A DNA stretch of 63,731 nt, counting the filler, from Folioceros fuciformis (lineage: Eukaryota), in the NCBI GenBank assembly GCA_049999805.1. It is 6 parts of 6 records of this genome, joined end to end, with 100 filler letters (N's around TTAATTAATTAA, not from the genome) between each part and the next. Parts side by side here need not be neighbours in the genome. Positions count along the whole stretch, not along the records: positions 40,821 to 55,235 come from JBNGIO010004560.1; positions 55,336 to 61,981 come from JBNGIO010004567.1; positions 62,082 to 63,731 come from JBNGIO010004627.1; 3 more parts are not named here. One strand, given 5' to 3'. The translations under genes were made by a program, and so were the position numbers. How positions within the stretch are numbered: position 1 is the stretch's first letter; every line of letters begins with the position of its first letter. Below the pieces are notes generated by a model. It searched no databases, was not told the origin of the DNA, and was given only the letters and a program-made list of their open reading frames with translations. Below are positions 50,180 to 63,480 of this stretch, one piece after another.

Positions 50180-51154
50180 TATTGCCTCCGAAGAAGGATG
50201 ATTGAGCTCAGCTGTCCACCCTCAAGGAGAAGGCAGCTGGCCACTCCACTGAGTTACAGGAGGAGTCCGCAAGATACCAAGAGGAGCGGGACAGGTACCA
50301 ACATGAGTTAGAGGAACTAAAGTCCCCAAGCGGCGGGGCGGACTACGGACATGAAGAACCAACTTGGAGCGGCATAGGGGGAGATTGAAAGGTTGCAAGC
50401 TGCGATGGAGGCTATCCATGCAGAGGAGCGACAAGCATGGAAGAAACGGGAGGCGGACTCCGGGCCCTGAAGGCTGATCTCTCCCGGACTCATGAGACCA
50501 TGCACAATCATGGGCAGGTCTGGGAAGAGGAACGCAAGCAACTAGTAGATCGGATCAACGGTTTCCAGGCAAAAGCGGAAGAGCTACAAGCCTAGCTAGT
50601 GGACTTTGAGACCCAGGAGGACCACCACGAGGTGGCCTTACTCCGGGCACAAACAGAAGCTGTGTCCACCCTACGCCTCCAAGAGTTGGCCATTGTCACC
50701 TCCACCGCGTTAGAGGAACTCCGGAGGTATGTCAGCGCTGCTACTGCTATGCACGTTGACCTGCCAGAGGCATGGTGGCGACCAAGGTAGGGGACTTTGG
50801 AGAATGGTGGTGGACGCCATCCAGCAACTGGATGACAACGACACTTTCTTCCACGGCAAGGTCCTCCTGATCCTGACGGAGACAATAGAGGCCGTGGTCA
50901 TTGCACCAACTCATGTACAGCCTATGGGGCAAACGGACAGTACCCAGCAGCCTAGAGCATCCAATCGCTGGACCTACCTCACCAAACCTTCTATTTCTGG
51001 TTCAATCTCCACAAGCCAGCTCCACCGATCCGCCGATTTGCCGATCACAATCGGCGGAGCAAAGTCTTCACCTAGCCCCACCTTGCGGACTGGGGCATCT
51101 CCTATACCCTCCTCTCTTGGTCCCACCCTGCCTACACTGCCGCCGGCTCATTAA
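50180..51154 (+). pseudogene. Frameshifted coiled-coil ORF relic, probably transposon-derived
   Basis: Pieces in shifting frames read LQEESARYQEERDRYQHELEEL, GEIERLQAAMEAIHAEERQAWKK and QVWEEERKQLVDRINGFQAKAEELQA*LVDFETQ. No family could be assigned. Confidence 0.4.
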
Positions 51155-53939
51155 AGTCCGATGGCAATAGGCTAGCTAACTCCTGGCAGGATTAGCCTGC
51201 CCAGCTCTTAGAATAGTTAGCGTCCTTTTTGCATTAATGATTGTTGTTCAGGCTGTGGCAGCCTAGGTTTTGTCATAAAACCCGGACATGCTATTGCAGC
51301 AGAGGCCTCGAATCCTTTTCTCCGCCCTACGTGTACCTCTCATCATTCTCTCCTCCCATATACGTTGTCTTCCTCCTTTCCATTGCTCAAGAGGCCCGAC
51401 AGGCCAAGATTCCCTCTCCTCCCAACCCGCAGGACAGGTCTTGATCCAGACCCATACGTTGTTTGCTTGAGGCCCATAGAGTCCGAGACTCGCATGCAAG
51501 AAACGTAGAAGAACCACGACATTTAGGGGTCAAACCCGAGAACCTCGACTACAGCAATCAAGATGGCAAGGCCGACCATGGTAAGAGTCCGGAGCGTCTC
51601 GCTCTCTAGGCCGTGTCCTGTAAGACTATCCATCCTTTCCTCACATCCACCCACCTACATTCTTCGAGATCGACTTTGTCTACCCGCTGAAGAAGTGATC
51701 TACACCAAGCAATTGCAACACCTCCACACGTGAGGAAGCAAAGACAAGCGGCTAAAGCAACTGCCCATGCAATGTCTGGCCATTACAATGAAAGAGATGG
51801 ACAACGTTTGTCACTACTCGTTGGAGAAGATGTTTCTCCAAACCCCCTACCTTCTTCCAGGAGGAAGAACACTCCACGGGAAGTGTCTAGGCTTCAATTC
51901 CAAAACTAGCAAAGTGCCTATTAACCATCTTCCTTTGAATGTGACACAGGGGGGTAATACCGGAGGCAACCAGAACTACAGCATACCCAATGCCTACAAT
52001 TTCGTCGAGAGATTAAGGTTGACAAAGTTGGAAGACACTCTCGCTAACAGATAGAATACTCACAAAGAGTGGTTTCTGATAGTCGAAGATAAGCTTGATG
52101 ATTTCACTTTCCCCTAGTTGCCTCTGGTTGCTCCATGGGTAAATGGTTTTCAAGATTTGGAGGACAATGAGGTAGCTAGAGCAGGTTGGATTCTTTGTGT
52201 GTTTGTGGATGGTGTGGATGATGAAGCCCATGTGAATTTCATCTTAACCAGACACCCACTCAATCACATTTCGGATGACTACAACATGGATAGTCTTGTT
52301 GTGGTCAATGTGGCGAAGGCCATTCCTAGGCGATGTGAACCCATGTGGTTGAAAAATGCACTTAAGGAATGCCTGAATTTGCTAGATGTAAGCGTTGGAT
52401 TTATGAAAAATTGATTAAGGTTCAGATGAATTAATTGTTCGAAACTTGAATCCGACTGTTTTTTCTTAATACACAGGGCGGCGAATCGTTCTGTAGCACA
52501 GAAATGCGGTGTGTAGGCAAAGCAATGCTGAAGAACCAGGTGCTTGTGGCCACTACTATGATCAAAGAGGCCACTGGTGGTTGTTTATATGCTTTCAAAT
52601 TTGAAGTTGGTTCTCTAAACATGCACTACTGTTTCTAGTAGCAACATCGCCCTAGAAAACTAGGAAAAGGTTAGCTAGTTTAGCAATTGCAGGGGATGCA
52701 CGGCCAAAGATGAAGTGAAAAGGAAGAACTTTGTAGATTACTGAGCAAGAGCCTACTCGAGCAGTGGAAACTAATTCTGAAAGGCTAAAGAGGTTGGCGC
52801 AAGATGAAGACCATTTGAATGCTATCTAGACAAAAGCTCAGGCAAAGAGGATTCAGTCTACAACTTTTGACCTACATGTGGATGTTTTACATCCTGCTTT
52901 GTTCATCACTTGTGATACTCAAATTAGGGAAGTTCATGAAGCTTGGTAAGGCAATGTAAGTAGATCTGTCAAGGAAGGTATTTTACCCCTTCTTTGTATG
53001 ATTGACCCTAATGTGAACGATCTGATAACGAGGAACTCCCTGCTGAGGTGTGTGTTGGAGTGATTTTTTGTTTTTTTTGTTTGCTAAGTTTTGTGTGAAA
53101 TAGAGTCAGGTTGTGAGTAGGTCGAGGTATTTATACTCAAAAGTTCCTTGCCCTATGAGTTTTTAGTTTTGGGTTTGGTTTGACCAATGATTGGTCCTTG
53201 GACCAGGGGGGCTAATTGTTCCTTAGTGTTTGGCCTTTGAACAATTCACAAAAGCCTATATAAGAGAGGAACCCCATAGACAGTAGAGTCATTGTGTGTT
53301 AGGAGGTAGAGGTCGAACTAGGAGTAAAGTGTCTCGGTTTGTGCGTGGACTTAGTCTGAGAAGGGAGGTAGTTGAAGCCCGACGACGATCGCGGAATGGG
53401 GGAAGTAGTCGCAGAAGGAGCAACCGGTAGTGGAAGCTGCTAGCATAGGGGAGAGACGACTCCGGTAGTGGGAAGTCCTACCGTGGTCAAGAAAGCAGCA
53501 ATAGTCGTGGAACTAGCAACCAGGGTTGCTGAAACCCCTACCCACACTAGGAGGACTAGAATGGAGACAGCTGTATGCAGAGCGTTTGGAGGCACTCCAG
53601 CATCCTTGGAAGGCAAAGAGCAAATAGTCAGGGGCAACTGTGGACTCCACATGCTGAATAGGTCCTTGGAAAATAGTAGGATTTCTCTTTTTGGGAATCT
53701 CTGAGTGAATCCTGTAATGAAATGGTTAGAAGATTAGTAGCTAGATTAATGGTGAGGCGAGACGGGTCTTTGAAGGGTTGCTGAGTGCTTTGAAGAGAAA
53801 GGATGGAATGATTTGAGAGAAGGGATGGAATGATTTGAGAGAAGAGGGAGAGTGTTGAGAGGCACTAACCATTTTGGTAGTCTTGAGAGGTTGGTCAATT
53901 TTGGTAAGGGCACTCAGTAGTGTCCATGGGACACAACCC

Positions 53940-54062
53940 CTATTAGGTCGGATTAAGGTTAGGTCAGAGTTAGGGTTAGGATTAGGTCAGAACTAGGTTT
54001 AGGCCAAAGTCAGGCTTAGGTCAAAGTTAGGTTTAGGTCAGAATTAGGGGCGGCTTAGGTCA
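53940..54062 (+). repeat. Degenerate telomere-like TTAGG/TTAGGTCAG repeat patch
   Basis: ttaggtcggattaaggttaggtcagagttagggttaggattaggtcagaactaggttt... Confidence 0.55.
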
Positions 54063-55335
54063 GAGAGAGATTGTTGGGTGGTTGACTGAGGCTAACCCTA
54101 ATAGATAGAGATGGAGGTTTGGGCCAAGGTAGTATAAGAGGCTAGACCTGCCATTGAGTCTACGGTGCGATTTCCCTGGACCTTGGGTGCAGAACTCTTG
54201 GCTTAGGGCACTGAGCCGGTTGAGACTAAACCAAGGTCATGATTTCCCTTGCCACTAGGGGAATGTGGAGGATCCCAAGACTGCCAAGATTCGTGTGGCC
54301 AGATCCGCAATGGCTGACTACCTTGCATGCTGGCTGAGGTGAGGTTGTAGGGCCGTGAGCCAAGGAGGCTACCTAGCCCTAGGCCTCGCCTCTGCCTTGA
54401 AGGCTGCAAGAGGGAAGGCTGTTGTGTTCCAAATTCCAGGAGAGAAGAGTTGAGTTGCAGATTTTGGAAGTGCACGTGTTGAAGTGAGGAGTTGAGCTGA
54501 AGTGAGGTGCTGGAGGGTGAAGTGAAGTGCTGAAGTGAAGGACTAAAGTGCTGAAGTGAAGGACTGAATGCTGGGGTGAAGTGCTGAAGTGGTGGAATGA
54601 AGTGTTGAAGCTGGAGTGAGGAGCTAGCTGAAGTTGAGGTTCTCGTTCAGCTGCGGAGGTAGCTAGCACTAGGTGCTGAGAATTGGAGGCCAGACTTGGG
54701 GCTGGAGCCTCCTCTCAGCACTGAAGTGATTGATACTTGGAGCTGGAAACGAGGGCTGAAGACTATGCTGGAGTTCTCATTTTGTTGAGGCTGGGGTTGG
54801 TGTTGTGGTATGTGGAGGCAAAACCCCGGGCACTGATTGCCAACGGGTTCCACCTTTAGTCGCCACACTTATCCCACTGTCATTGAGACATTGGGTTTCG
54901 TTCCCACGAAGGAGCGATGGGGTTCCTTGCTGCTGTGGATGGAGAGTCGGACTTGATCAACTCGATGATGGATTCGAGGGCTCTCCTCCAGCTCCGATCA
55001 GGCGTAGGACAGGCCTCACTGTCCGGCGGTTAGCTGCACCTCTCTCGGTGCCCACAAACTCACTCTAGTCACTACAACGACCCTAACCTGTTAGATCTGC
55101 AACTTCCCTCACTCACTTCACTCAGTCTCTCACTCCAGCACCAACACAAGCAACTACCAGCAACCAAGAACGACACCACTACCTTCTACACTTCCCTACT
55201 GACTCCTCCTACCCGGCAAGAGTCACTAGACTAACNNNNNNNNNNNNNNNNNNNNNNNNNNNNNNNNNNNNNNNNNNNNTTAATTAATTAANNNNNNNNN
55301 NNNNNNNNNNNNNNNNNNNNNNNNNNNNNNNNNNN

Positions 55336-55566
55336 AAAGAGCATCGGCCAGCATTGCTTTGCAAAGAGCATCGGCCAGCATTGCTTTGCAAAGAGCATCG
55401 GCCAGCATTGCTTTGCAAAGAGCATCGGCCAGCATTGCTTTGCAAAGAGCATCGGCCAGCATTGCTTTGCAAAGAGCATCGGCCAGCATTGCTTTGCAAA
55501 GAGCATCGGCCAGCATTACTTTGCAAAGAGCATCGGCCAGCATTGCTTTGCAAAGAACATTGGCCA
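55336..55566 (+). repeat. 27-bp tandem repeat (aaagagcatcggccagcattgctttgc), about 8.5 copies, running into the contig end
   Basis: Directly visible, near-perfect copies. The junction forms the palindrome CTTTGCAAAG. Confidence 0.95.
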
Positions 55567-57130
55567 CCGTGGTTTTTTGAACAGCAATAAGTGCAAGTTA
55601 ACTTTGGACAGCAATAAGTGCAAGTTAACTTTGGCACCGGTGGTAGGTAGGCCTTTTGTGATTCCACATCATGACATTTTTAGAGCAGTAAATAGTTTTT
55701 GAGAATGATGTTTGAAGGGGCTAGAACCCTTCTTGACCTTTTGGCCCTGCTTGGTTGTTCCTCCAATCTTTGGACTTTCCATCTCTTTTTTAATAACAAA
55801 AAATATCTTTTGTAGATAACTTGTAAGTATGGTAAGAGGTTGCATTGTTTGGGAAGACCAAAGAATCACGTAAGCCATGATTTGCTAATATTAAGACTCC
55901 GCATTTCACACATACTTAAGTAATAACCTAATAAATTATTAGGGGCAATATCCTTTAAAGTTGCTTAGGGCTAGTAAGCTAGTACCTATTTGGTTTGCTA
56001 ATTATTCTTGTTAATTAAACTAAAAACTTACTATTAAGATTGACTATAGAGAGGACCCATCACATTTTAATCATAAGATGGAGAAAGTTCTTAACTTGCT
56101 TTATGTAAAACTAACGATACTTCACACTCTAAAAAAGTAGAAACTTAAGATGAAAAATCAAGATATTTTGGAGAAGGGTTTAGGGTTTAGGTCTCTAAAA
56201 CATCTTGATTTTTTGTCATAAACACAATGGTTGCCCTCCACTTCATACCTATAGGGGTGAGAGAGCGATGTTGTATCTTACTCCTTTTCATAGTGAATGT
56301 TCTTCCCTTCTAACACACATATTCTATGGTAGCTTTGGGCTAGAGGACAACACACCTTACAATTGCTTTAGGTGAAGGTAGTGAGTAGCAAATCCTAGTT
56401 CAAATAGAGGGGACTTTGAAGAGATTTATTCCTTAGCTTTCCTAATAGTGTCTTGGGAAAGAAATCTTGGTTTTATGTTATGAGTTGTTGTTTATGTTCT
56501 CTAAGCTTTTTCTTGTAAACTACAGCGTCTAAAATAGTTTGGGTTTGTCCACAAAAATAGGGTTTTGTTCTAAATCCAATCCTTAAATGGTCGTTTCCAT
56601 CATTATACTTGGTTTTTAAGGGTTTTAGTTGGTGGATAAAATTGGACAACACACACCCCTCAAGATGCAATCCCACCATAAACGATATGTCGGGACATGA
56701 ATGTATTAGATTTCTGTCCAAACATGATTTTGCATGTCTCTTTATATTCTTTGTTCTCGAAAACCCTTGCTTTCTACTTGTGTCAGATTCAATCCATGGG
56801 ATTCTAGCAAACAAAACCTACAAGCATTTGGGGTGGATACAAGTACCAAGCATGGTGTGACCAAGTACGCGCCATAAACAAGCTAACACACGTTTTAAGC
56901 GCATAATGGTCAAAACAATCCTAAAAAATAACAAAAAAACCTTTAAAATCCCCTTTCATGAGCAGTGGCGCACACTTGTGTGCATCATGGGTTCAAGGTT
57001 TTATGGTTATTTTTCCCTTTTTTTTCTTTTTTATTTTGTATAAACAACCTATTTTGATTATTTTTAACCTTTTTTTGCACAGTTTGTTGTAGGAATATGA
57101 GTTCATCTTGACTAGTCCTCACCTTTCTTT

Positions 57131-57250
57131 GTATGATCTAAACCTTTAGTAAATAGTAAGGACTTTAGGTGTTTTGCATACTTGAATGTTGTATGATCTA
57201 AACCTTTAGTAAATAGTAAGGACTTTAGGTGTTTTGCATACTTGAATGTT
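57131..57250 (+). repeat. Exact 60-bp tandem duplication
   Basis: gtatgatctaaacctttagtaaatagtaaggactttaggtgttttgcatacttgaatgtt occurs twice in a row. Confidence 0.85.
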
Positions 57251-60200
57251 GTGGAGTCCACATGACGAGTAGATCCCTTGGAAATGGCAGAGTTTGTTTT
57301 TTTTTGGTTTTCTGATTGAAATTCGTAGAGGAGTGGTTAGGAGATTAGATTAGATTAGATTAGAGGTTAGATTAACGGTGAGTCGATAGGGGCTTGGTGG
57401 GATGTGTGGTAGGTACGCCACGGGTCTAGGTCCCTTGGCTAGGGTGTCTGGATGTGTATGGAAGCCTAGGACTATGCGTGGGAAGGGCNNNNNNNNNNNN
57501 NNNNNNNNNNNNNNNNNNNNNNNNNNNNNNNNNNNNNNNNNNNNNNNNNNNNNNNNNNNNNNNNNNNNNNNNNNNNNNNNNNNNNNNNCTGGATGTGTGT
57601 GGAAGCCTAGGACTGTGCGTGGGAAGGGCGAGTCGAGGTTCCTGGGGGAAAAGATGGGGACGACGGGCCCTTGCTCCTGGTGCACCGGCTAGGCAAGGAT
57701 CACGAGAGCAAAGGTGGCTGGGTTAACAGCCATGCGGGTCGGTGGTAGGCTCCTGGCAGACGTTAGTCAGGGCTGGAGGGCGTCTGACTAGCCCTCCAGC
57801 CCTGACTAGTTGGCCGGCAGAGACCAGCTAGCTGCCAAGCTCGACGAGGGGACCGGCCGGGCTGTGTAGTAGGCCGGGGATAAGATGGCTGGGGTCACGG
57901 CTAAGTAGCAGCAGGGTGTACCTGCTAGAGGTTGGAACGTTAAGAGGCTGCCGACAGGCAACACGTCTCAGTCGCAGGCAGTCCAGCCGGGGGGCTGCTG
58001 GCGAGATCCAGGTGGGCTGAGTAGTAGGAGATAGCCGGAGCCACGCTGGAGCTAGGGGCAAAAAGGGCAGTCAGGCGGCGGCTAAGGAGGGTCAATCTAG
58101 CTGCTTGGCCAGACCACCCAGCCAGCAGTCCAGCCCGGGCTGGTGGCAAGCAAGAGGTCTGGGGCCTGATCCGATCCGGGGTCCTGGCTGGGCCAGTGGG
58201 AGCAAATCAGGCCCGAAGGGATCCGGGCTGGGAGGACTAGTGGAGCGCATTGCGGCTGTCAGGGGTGGACCTGTTCAAGCTGGCTCAGCAGAGGCCGGCC
58301 ACTCGGCAGCAGCCGGGTCCAGGCTAGGTGAGGTGGCTGCCTACCAGATTGCCAGGGCAGGCTGTGGCCGGTGCCGTTAGGATCCAGGCCTAACAGCAGC
58401 ACAGGTGGGCGGGATCCGAACTAGACGACCAGGTGGGCTGGATCCAAACAATCGGGCTTTGAGCATCGGGCAGCCCGGGGTCTGGCTGAGCGGAAGGAGG
58501 GGCTGGCAGATCCGAAGGCAGCCGGGCCTTGGTGGACCTGGCAAGTGGGGTCTAGCTGGCCAGGGGGCTGGCTGGGCCATGGCGAGGATCCGCCAGGTAG
58601 AGGCGACGCTGGATCCGCCTGGCCTGGCTGACCGATCTGAAGCAAGCCAAGCCTGCTGTAGGCGAGAGGCGGCCTGGCTGGTTGATTTTTGGAGCCGGAC
58701 AGCCATGGGTGGCGATTTGGCATCTAGGTGGACTCGTAGGCCGGCTGTAGGCAAGGCAGCAGTTGGGCGAGTCGGGTGACGGGGGCCGGCTTGCAGCGGC
58801 TGGCAGGCAAACCTGCCTGGCTAGATCTGGAGGCCAGAGGCAGCAGGTTGGATGAAGAATGGTCTGCGGGAGGCGCTGCACCAGGCGGGCTGCTAGCAGG
58901 ATCAGGCCGGCTGGCCGAGGAGAATCCAGGCTAGGGAAGATCGGCTAGTGGAAGGCGGTGACTGAAATGCCCAGCCAGCAGCCAACCTGGCCCGGCTGCA
59001 GGCAAGCATCGGTAGCCGGCGTACTAGCTAGTAGCAGGTGACGGGGGTGCCTGCATGCAAGCAGTAGGCGGGCCAGCAAGTTGACCACCCGGAAGGAGCT
59101 AGGGGGGGCTGTAGGTGACTGGATCTGGCTGACGAGCAGGCGAACCTGCAGGAGGATCCCGACGGGTCTGGCCGAATTGCTAGATAGCCAACCAGCCCGG
59201 CAGCAGCAGCCAAATTCCAGCTGGGTGAGTGGCGACGGGGTCTAGAAAGGCAGGAGGCAAACTGGGGTCGGTAGGCGGCCTGGCCGACAACCTAGCATCT
59301 AGGNNNNNNNNNNNNNNNNNNNNNNNNNNNNNNNNNNNNNNNNNNNNNNNNNNNNNNNNNNNNNNNNNNNNNNNNNNNNNNNNNNNNNNNNNNNNNNNNN
59401 NNNTCGGAGTTGTGGGGGGGGAACTTGATGCTTGGCAGGCGACTCCAGTAGGATGGCTGCTGGACTGAGGAATTCTAGAGGCCGGACCCTGGCTGGTGTG
59501 TATAAAGTGAACCGACAGCACGTAGGCAACCTGACAGCGGCAGCCCGGCCGATCAGGCTGCCGGCGGGTAGCCAGCAGCGGCTATAGGGCGGTGTGCGAG
59601 CTAGTCCAGGCTAGGGCGGCCTGCGGGGGGAGCACGGCCTGGCGGGACGCTGGAGGCGGCATGGCTTGCCGATGGGCAGGTCTGCTGCAGGCGATGGAAG
59701 GAGGGTCTGGTTGAATTCAGGCTCGAAGCGGCCGAGCTGTAGGTAGCCGTCACCATTAGCTGAAGGCTGGGTGGCCCCACTATTGACGGCTGGCCGAGGC
59801 AGATCTTGCAGCCAGTTTGCATCCTGAAGGCATCGGAGGCACCCAAGCTGAGTCCGGGCCGGAAGGCAGAAGAGAGGGCTGCTGAGGAGGCTCGGCAAGT
59901 GGGGCTGGCCGGGCAAGTTCGCTGGCGGCCTGGGCAGCCCGATTGATCGAAACGGGCCGGCATAGGCAGGGACCCTGCAAGAAGAGAGCCAGCAGTCCAG
60001 GTCGAGATGATGGTAAGCAGGAGAACCAAGCCAGACCCGAGTTGGGGTCCTAGACAGGATCAGCGGCAAGCGGGCTGGCCTGCTGCTGGGATGGATCCTG
60101 CTGCAGGCGGACGACTCGGAGGATTGCAAGTACCGGCTGGAGGATTGGACCGCCAAGAGGGCAGTCGGGTAACTCGGCTAGGCTGCTAAGCAATAACGAG

Positions 60201-61894
60201 GTTGCAAGTAGGCAGCAAGCGGTGAGGGTTGGTAGTCTGGCCAGATCTAGGCGGGCAGGTTGGCCAGTCGACTCTAGTCGACAGGCTTGCTGGCTGGATC
60301 CGAGCATGGCGCTCCGATCTGGGCACGATGGGCTGCTGACAAGCCTGCAGGGCACTCCGGAGGATGGCTAAGCCGCAGGCAGTGGAGCGGCCCGGGCAAG
60401 CGAATGGTATGACCGACAGCTCGGCGACAACTGGGTCTAGAGGCGGCAGGATGCATGGCAGATCGAATCAAAGTGGCGGGGTTGCTGGTAGGCACTGCAC
60501 CGGGACGGCCGCAGATGGGGGTGGAGCAAGCACGAGCAAGCGAGACGAGGCAGGCCGGGGCCAAATTCTGACAAGCCAGAGGGGACCTGGCCGGAGGAGG
60601 GATGTTAGGACGCTAGGGCAGTGGGCTGGCAAGCGGCCAACATCGGATCAAAGGGGCTGGTTGAGATTGAGGGGTCATGGCCGTTTTTTGGAGATGTCTT
60701 AGTGGCTGGACGGAAGGCAAAAAGCGGAGTCGCAAAACCACTGGCCGCTGCCTTTGAATTATCCTCAGCCTTGCTCAGCTCGGGGACCCTGTGGCTGGGA
60801 AGCACGCTCTGGCCAGCCTCTAGTAGCATCTGCAGTAACAACAAACAAGCCTAGTGAAGGTCTCGTCTTGGCGAGGTCAGATGGGCAAGATGGAAGGCGT
60901 TGTGCCCAGGTGGCATCCAAGTCAACCAACGACTAACAGGGTGCATGATGGCCGGATCTAGCAAGCCAAACAGGCTGGTGGCGGGCTGGCTGGAACTTGG
61001 CTGAAGCAGCTGGGCTGGCAGGCGAATCAAGGGAGGCTGGTGGAGAAAGGGTTGCTCATCTCGAGCACCGAGGGCATGCTTGGGCACCTGACTGGAATCA
61101 GATGAGGAACAGGAGGTGAGATCCGGGAAGCCTCAAGAAGTTGATACCTTGTCATCTAGGGTTGTGGATGGAGACGCAGGAGGTGGTCCAGTGGAGAGAC
61201 GAGCATGGAGAGACGAGCAAGGGCTGCTGGGGATTTGACTAGGGTGATGTATTTCCTGTACCATGGCCAACTAGTGGCCGTAATTAGCATACAGCTTGCC
61301 ATCCATGGGTAGTGGGTGGGAACCGACTCTCTACCGCAGGCGGAGAGCCTGGTGCTGATTACGGTGATGATGGGTGATGTTTGCCATTCCAGGACGCAAC
61401 GCCATGGCATTCGCTCAAGGGCATCAGTCCAGCAGACCAGTCCAGCAGCTTGGAAGGTGGCCAGCCAAGGACATAAGTGGCACATGGCATTCCATCCATT
61501 AGTAGGACATAAGTGGCACATGGCATTCCATCCATTAGTAGCAACCCTAGTTGCTTGTAGGCTGAAGGTTGTAGCATAGGGGTGCTACTAGTGGTGGGAA
61601 GCCCAGTGATGGTTATGTTGACAGGAATAGTGGAATGTCATCTCCACCTTGCAAGGTGCTCCTCCAGGGTGCTAGATGGTGATTTGCCGGGGCATGAATT
61701 TTGACTGGCAGGATGGAGGGAAGGGCTTGAAGGAGGAAGACTCCGAAGAATGCAGTATGAGCTGATCCGGGAGAGGGGTGAGGGGTGTTGAGAAGCCTTG
61801 ATTTTGGCTAGATGTGAGGGGCTAATAATTTTGGGTAGAGGGCAGCTAATGGTGCCAAGGGGTAACGGGCAATTAGAAGCAGGGGTAGGCTAGA

Positions 61895-61981
61895 GTTAGG
61901 GTCCTAGGTTAGACCTAGGTCAGGTTAGGTCTAGGCCAGACCTAGGTCGGGTTAGGTCTAGGCCAGACCTAGGTCGGGTTA
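61895..61981 (+). repeat. About 27-bp tandem repeat (gacctaggtcgggttaggtctaggcca) at contig end
   Basis: Two to three copies. Each contains the palindrome GACCTAGGTC and GGGTTAGG. Confidence 0.75.
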
Positions 61982-62081
61982 NNNNNNNNNNNNNNNNNNN
62001 NNNNNNNNNNNNNNNNNNNNNNNNNTTAATTAATTAANNNNNNNNNNNNNNNNNNNNNNNNNNNNNNNNNNNNNNNNNNNN

Positions 62082-62230
62082 TTACGCAGATCTCCCCATC
62101 TTACGCGGATCTCCCCATCTTACGCAGATCTCCCCATCTTACGCAGATCTCCCCATCTTACGCAGATCTCCCCATCTTACGCAGATCTCCCCATCTTACG
62201 CAGATCTCCCCATCTTACACAGATCTCCCC
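62082..62230 (+). repeat. 19-bp tandem repeat (ttacgcagatctccccatc), about 8 copies, at contig start
   Basis: Directly visible, near-perfect copies. Confidence 0.95.
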
Positions 62231-62465
62231 AGAATTCTTGCGCAAACTCAACAGCATCTTTTTAGCCATGATCAGTAACCATGTGAGCCGTAGCTCTAAT
62301 ACCAAGTTAGAATTGCTAATGCGGAAGCAGATGCATCGAAGATGATCTACTAGCAACTGAATAGGTGGATACAAAGGCAGGCCTTAAATAGCGGTTTACG
62401 AAGGGGTGCGTCCTATAACTAGCCTGCCAGTTAACTAATTGCACTTATAACTAGGTCTAGTTAGG

Positions 62466-63480
62466 CTAACCAACGTGATACAGAACCACGTGGTCTGCCT
62501 TATATTCTAACTCTCTGAGCTCAGCCGGGCTACCGGTAGCCCTGGCGGCTACTCGGCTACCGGTAGTCCGCTTGATTACCGGTTCCCCTGCTCGACTACC
62601 GATAGCCTCTTCAGCTACCGGGGTTGCCGTTTGACTTGGGCGCCCAACCTTATCCTTCCCCTTCACTCTCTCTCTGGCTTCGTCTTGCTCCCGCTTGTAC
62701 CTGTCAGCTAGCTTCTAGGCTTGTTCCACTGCTGCTATTTCCAGCTCTTGCGCCTTGGCCATCTCCCGCTGTATCTCCAGGTTAGTCTCATGGGCCTCCC
62801 TCACCTGAGCTAGTAGGATCCCCGGTTGCTCCCTTAGCGCTTGGACCTCGGCCTTCGCCTGGCGTACCTCTTCCTCAGCCTATGCCCTCTCTTTATCCAG
62901 GACTCGCTGTCTCTCCTCCAGCTACTGTTGTGCCGTCTTCGATTCTGCTAGTAGCCTCCGGCCTTCAGCCCCCTTCCGGTATGCCTCTGCTTCTTTCCCT
63001 TGGGCCTTGGCTTCCCGTTCTGCCTGCACACTCAGCCAGGTCAATGCCCTAGCGGCCTGGACCAGGAGATCTGCTTGGGCCTGTACCATTACGGCAGTCA
63101 GCCCTGGCAGATCCACCTCCTGCGACTTTTCAACCGTCATCCCCTTTGCCGTAATCTGCTTGCTCAGAAACTCTCTCAACTTCTCTAGGTCTCCCACCTG
63201 CAGCCTATCCTTCTGAGGAATGCTCCTGAAGATTTCCTCCCATCCGGAAAAAGCTCCTTGCACCGAATCGTGCCCTAATTTGCTCTCATGCCTAGGAGGA
63301 ATTAACTCGGGAGCTAACGTCTGCTCTTGAGACCCCTCCAGCCCTGCTTCATCCTGCCCCTTCTCTTCGAGTCCTTGATCCATAACCCCCTGATTAACGA
63401 GCTCCTGTTCTACCTCCTGTTCTTGTACAGCCTGCTCCTCTATCTGACCTTCGGTTTGCTCCAGGGCTGTTGTGAACGAA
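62466..63480 (-). pseudogene. Coiled-coil ORF interrupted by three in-frame TAG codons; probably a transposon accessory ORF
   Basis: ORFs 62922-63383 and 62466-62666 are in one frame. The bridge reads KTAQQ*LEERQRVLDKERA*AEEEVRQAKAEVQALREQ...AVEQA*KLADRYKREQ. Confidence 0.55.

Noticed and set aside
55336-55566. 27-bp and 19-bp arrays as CRISPR arrays, and their repetitive ORFs (e.g. MLADALCKA repeats)
   Set aside because: The repeats are head-to-tail with no unique spacers, there are no cas genes, and the context is eukaryotic. The ORFs are by-products of a stop-free repeat unit.
62466-63383. TAG stops repaired by U-to-C editing from the DYW:KP proteins
   Set aside because: Such editing is known for organellar transcripts. 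This is nuclear repeat-like DNA, where CHG-methylation decay is the simpler explanation.
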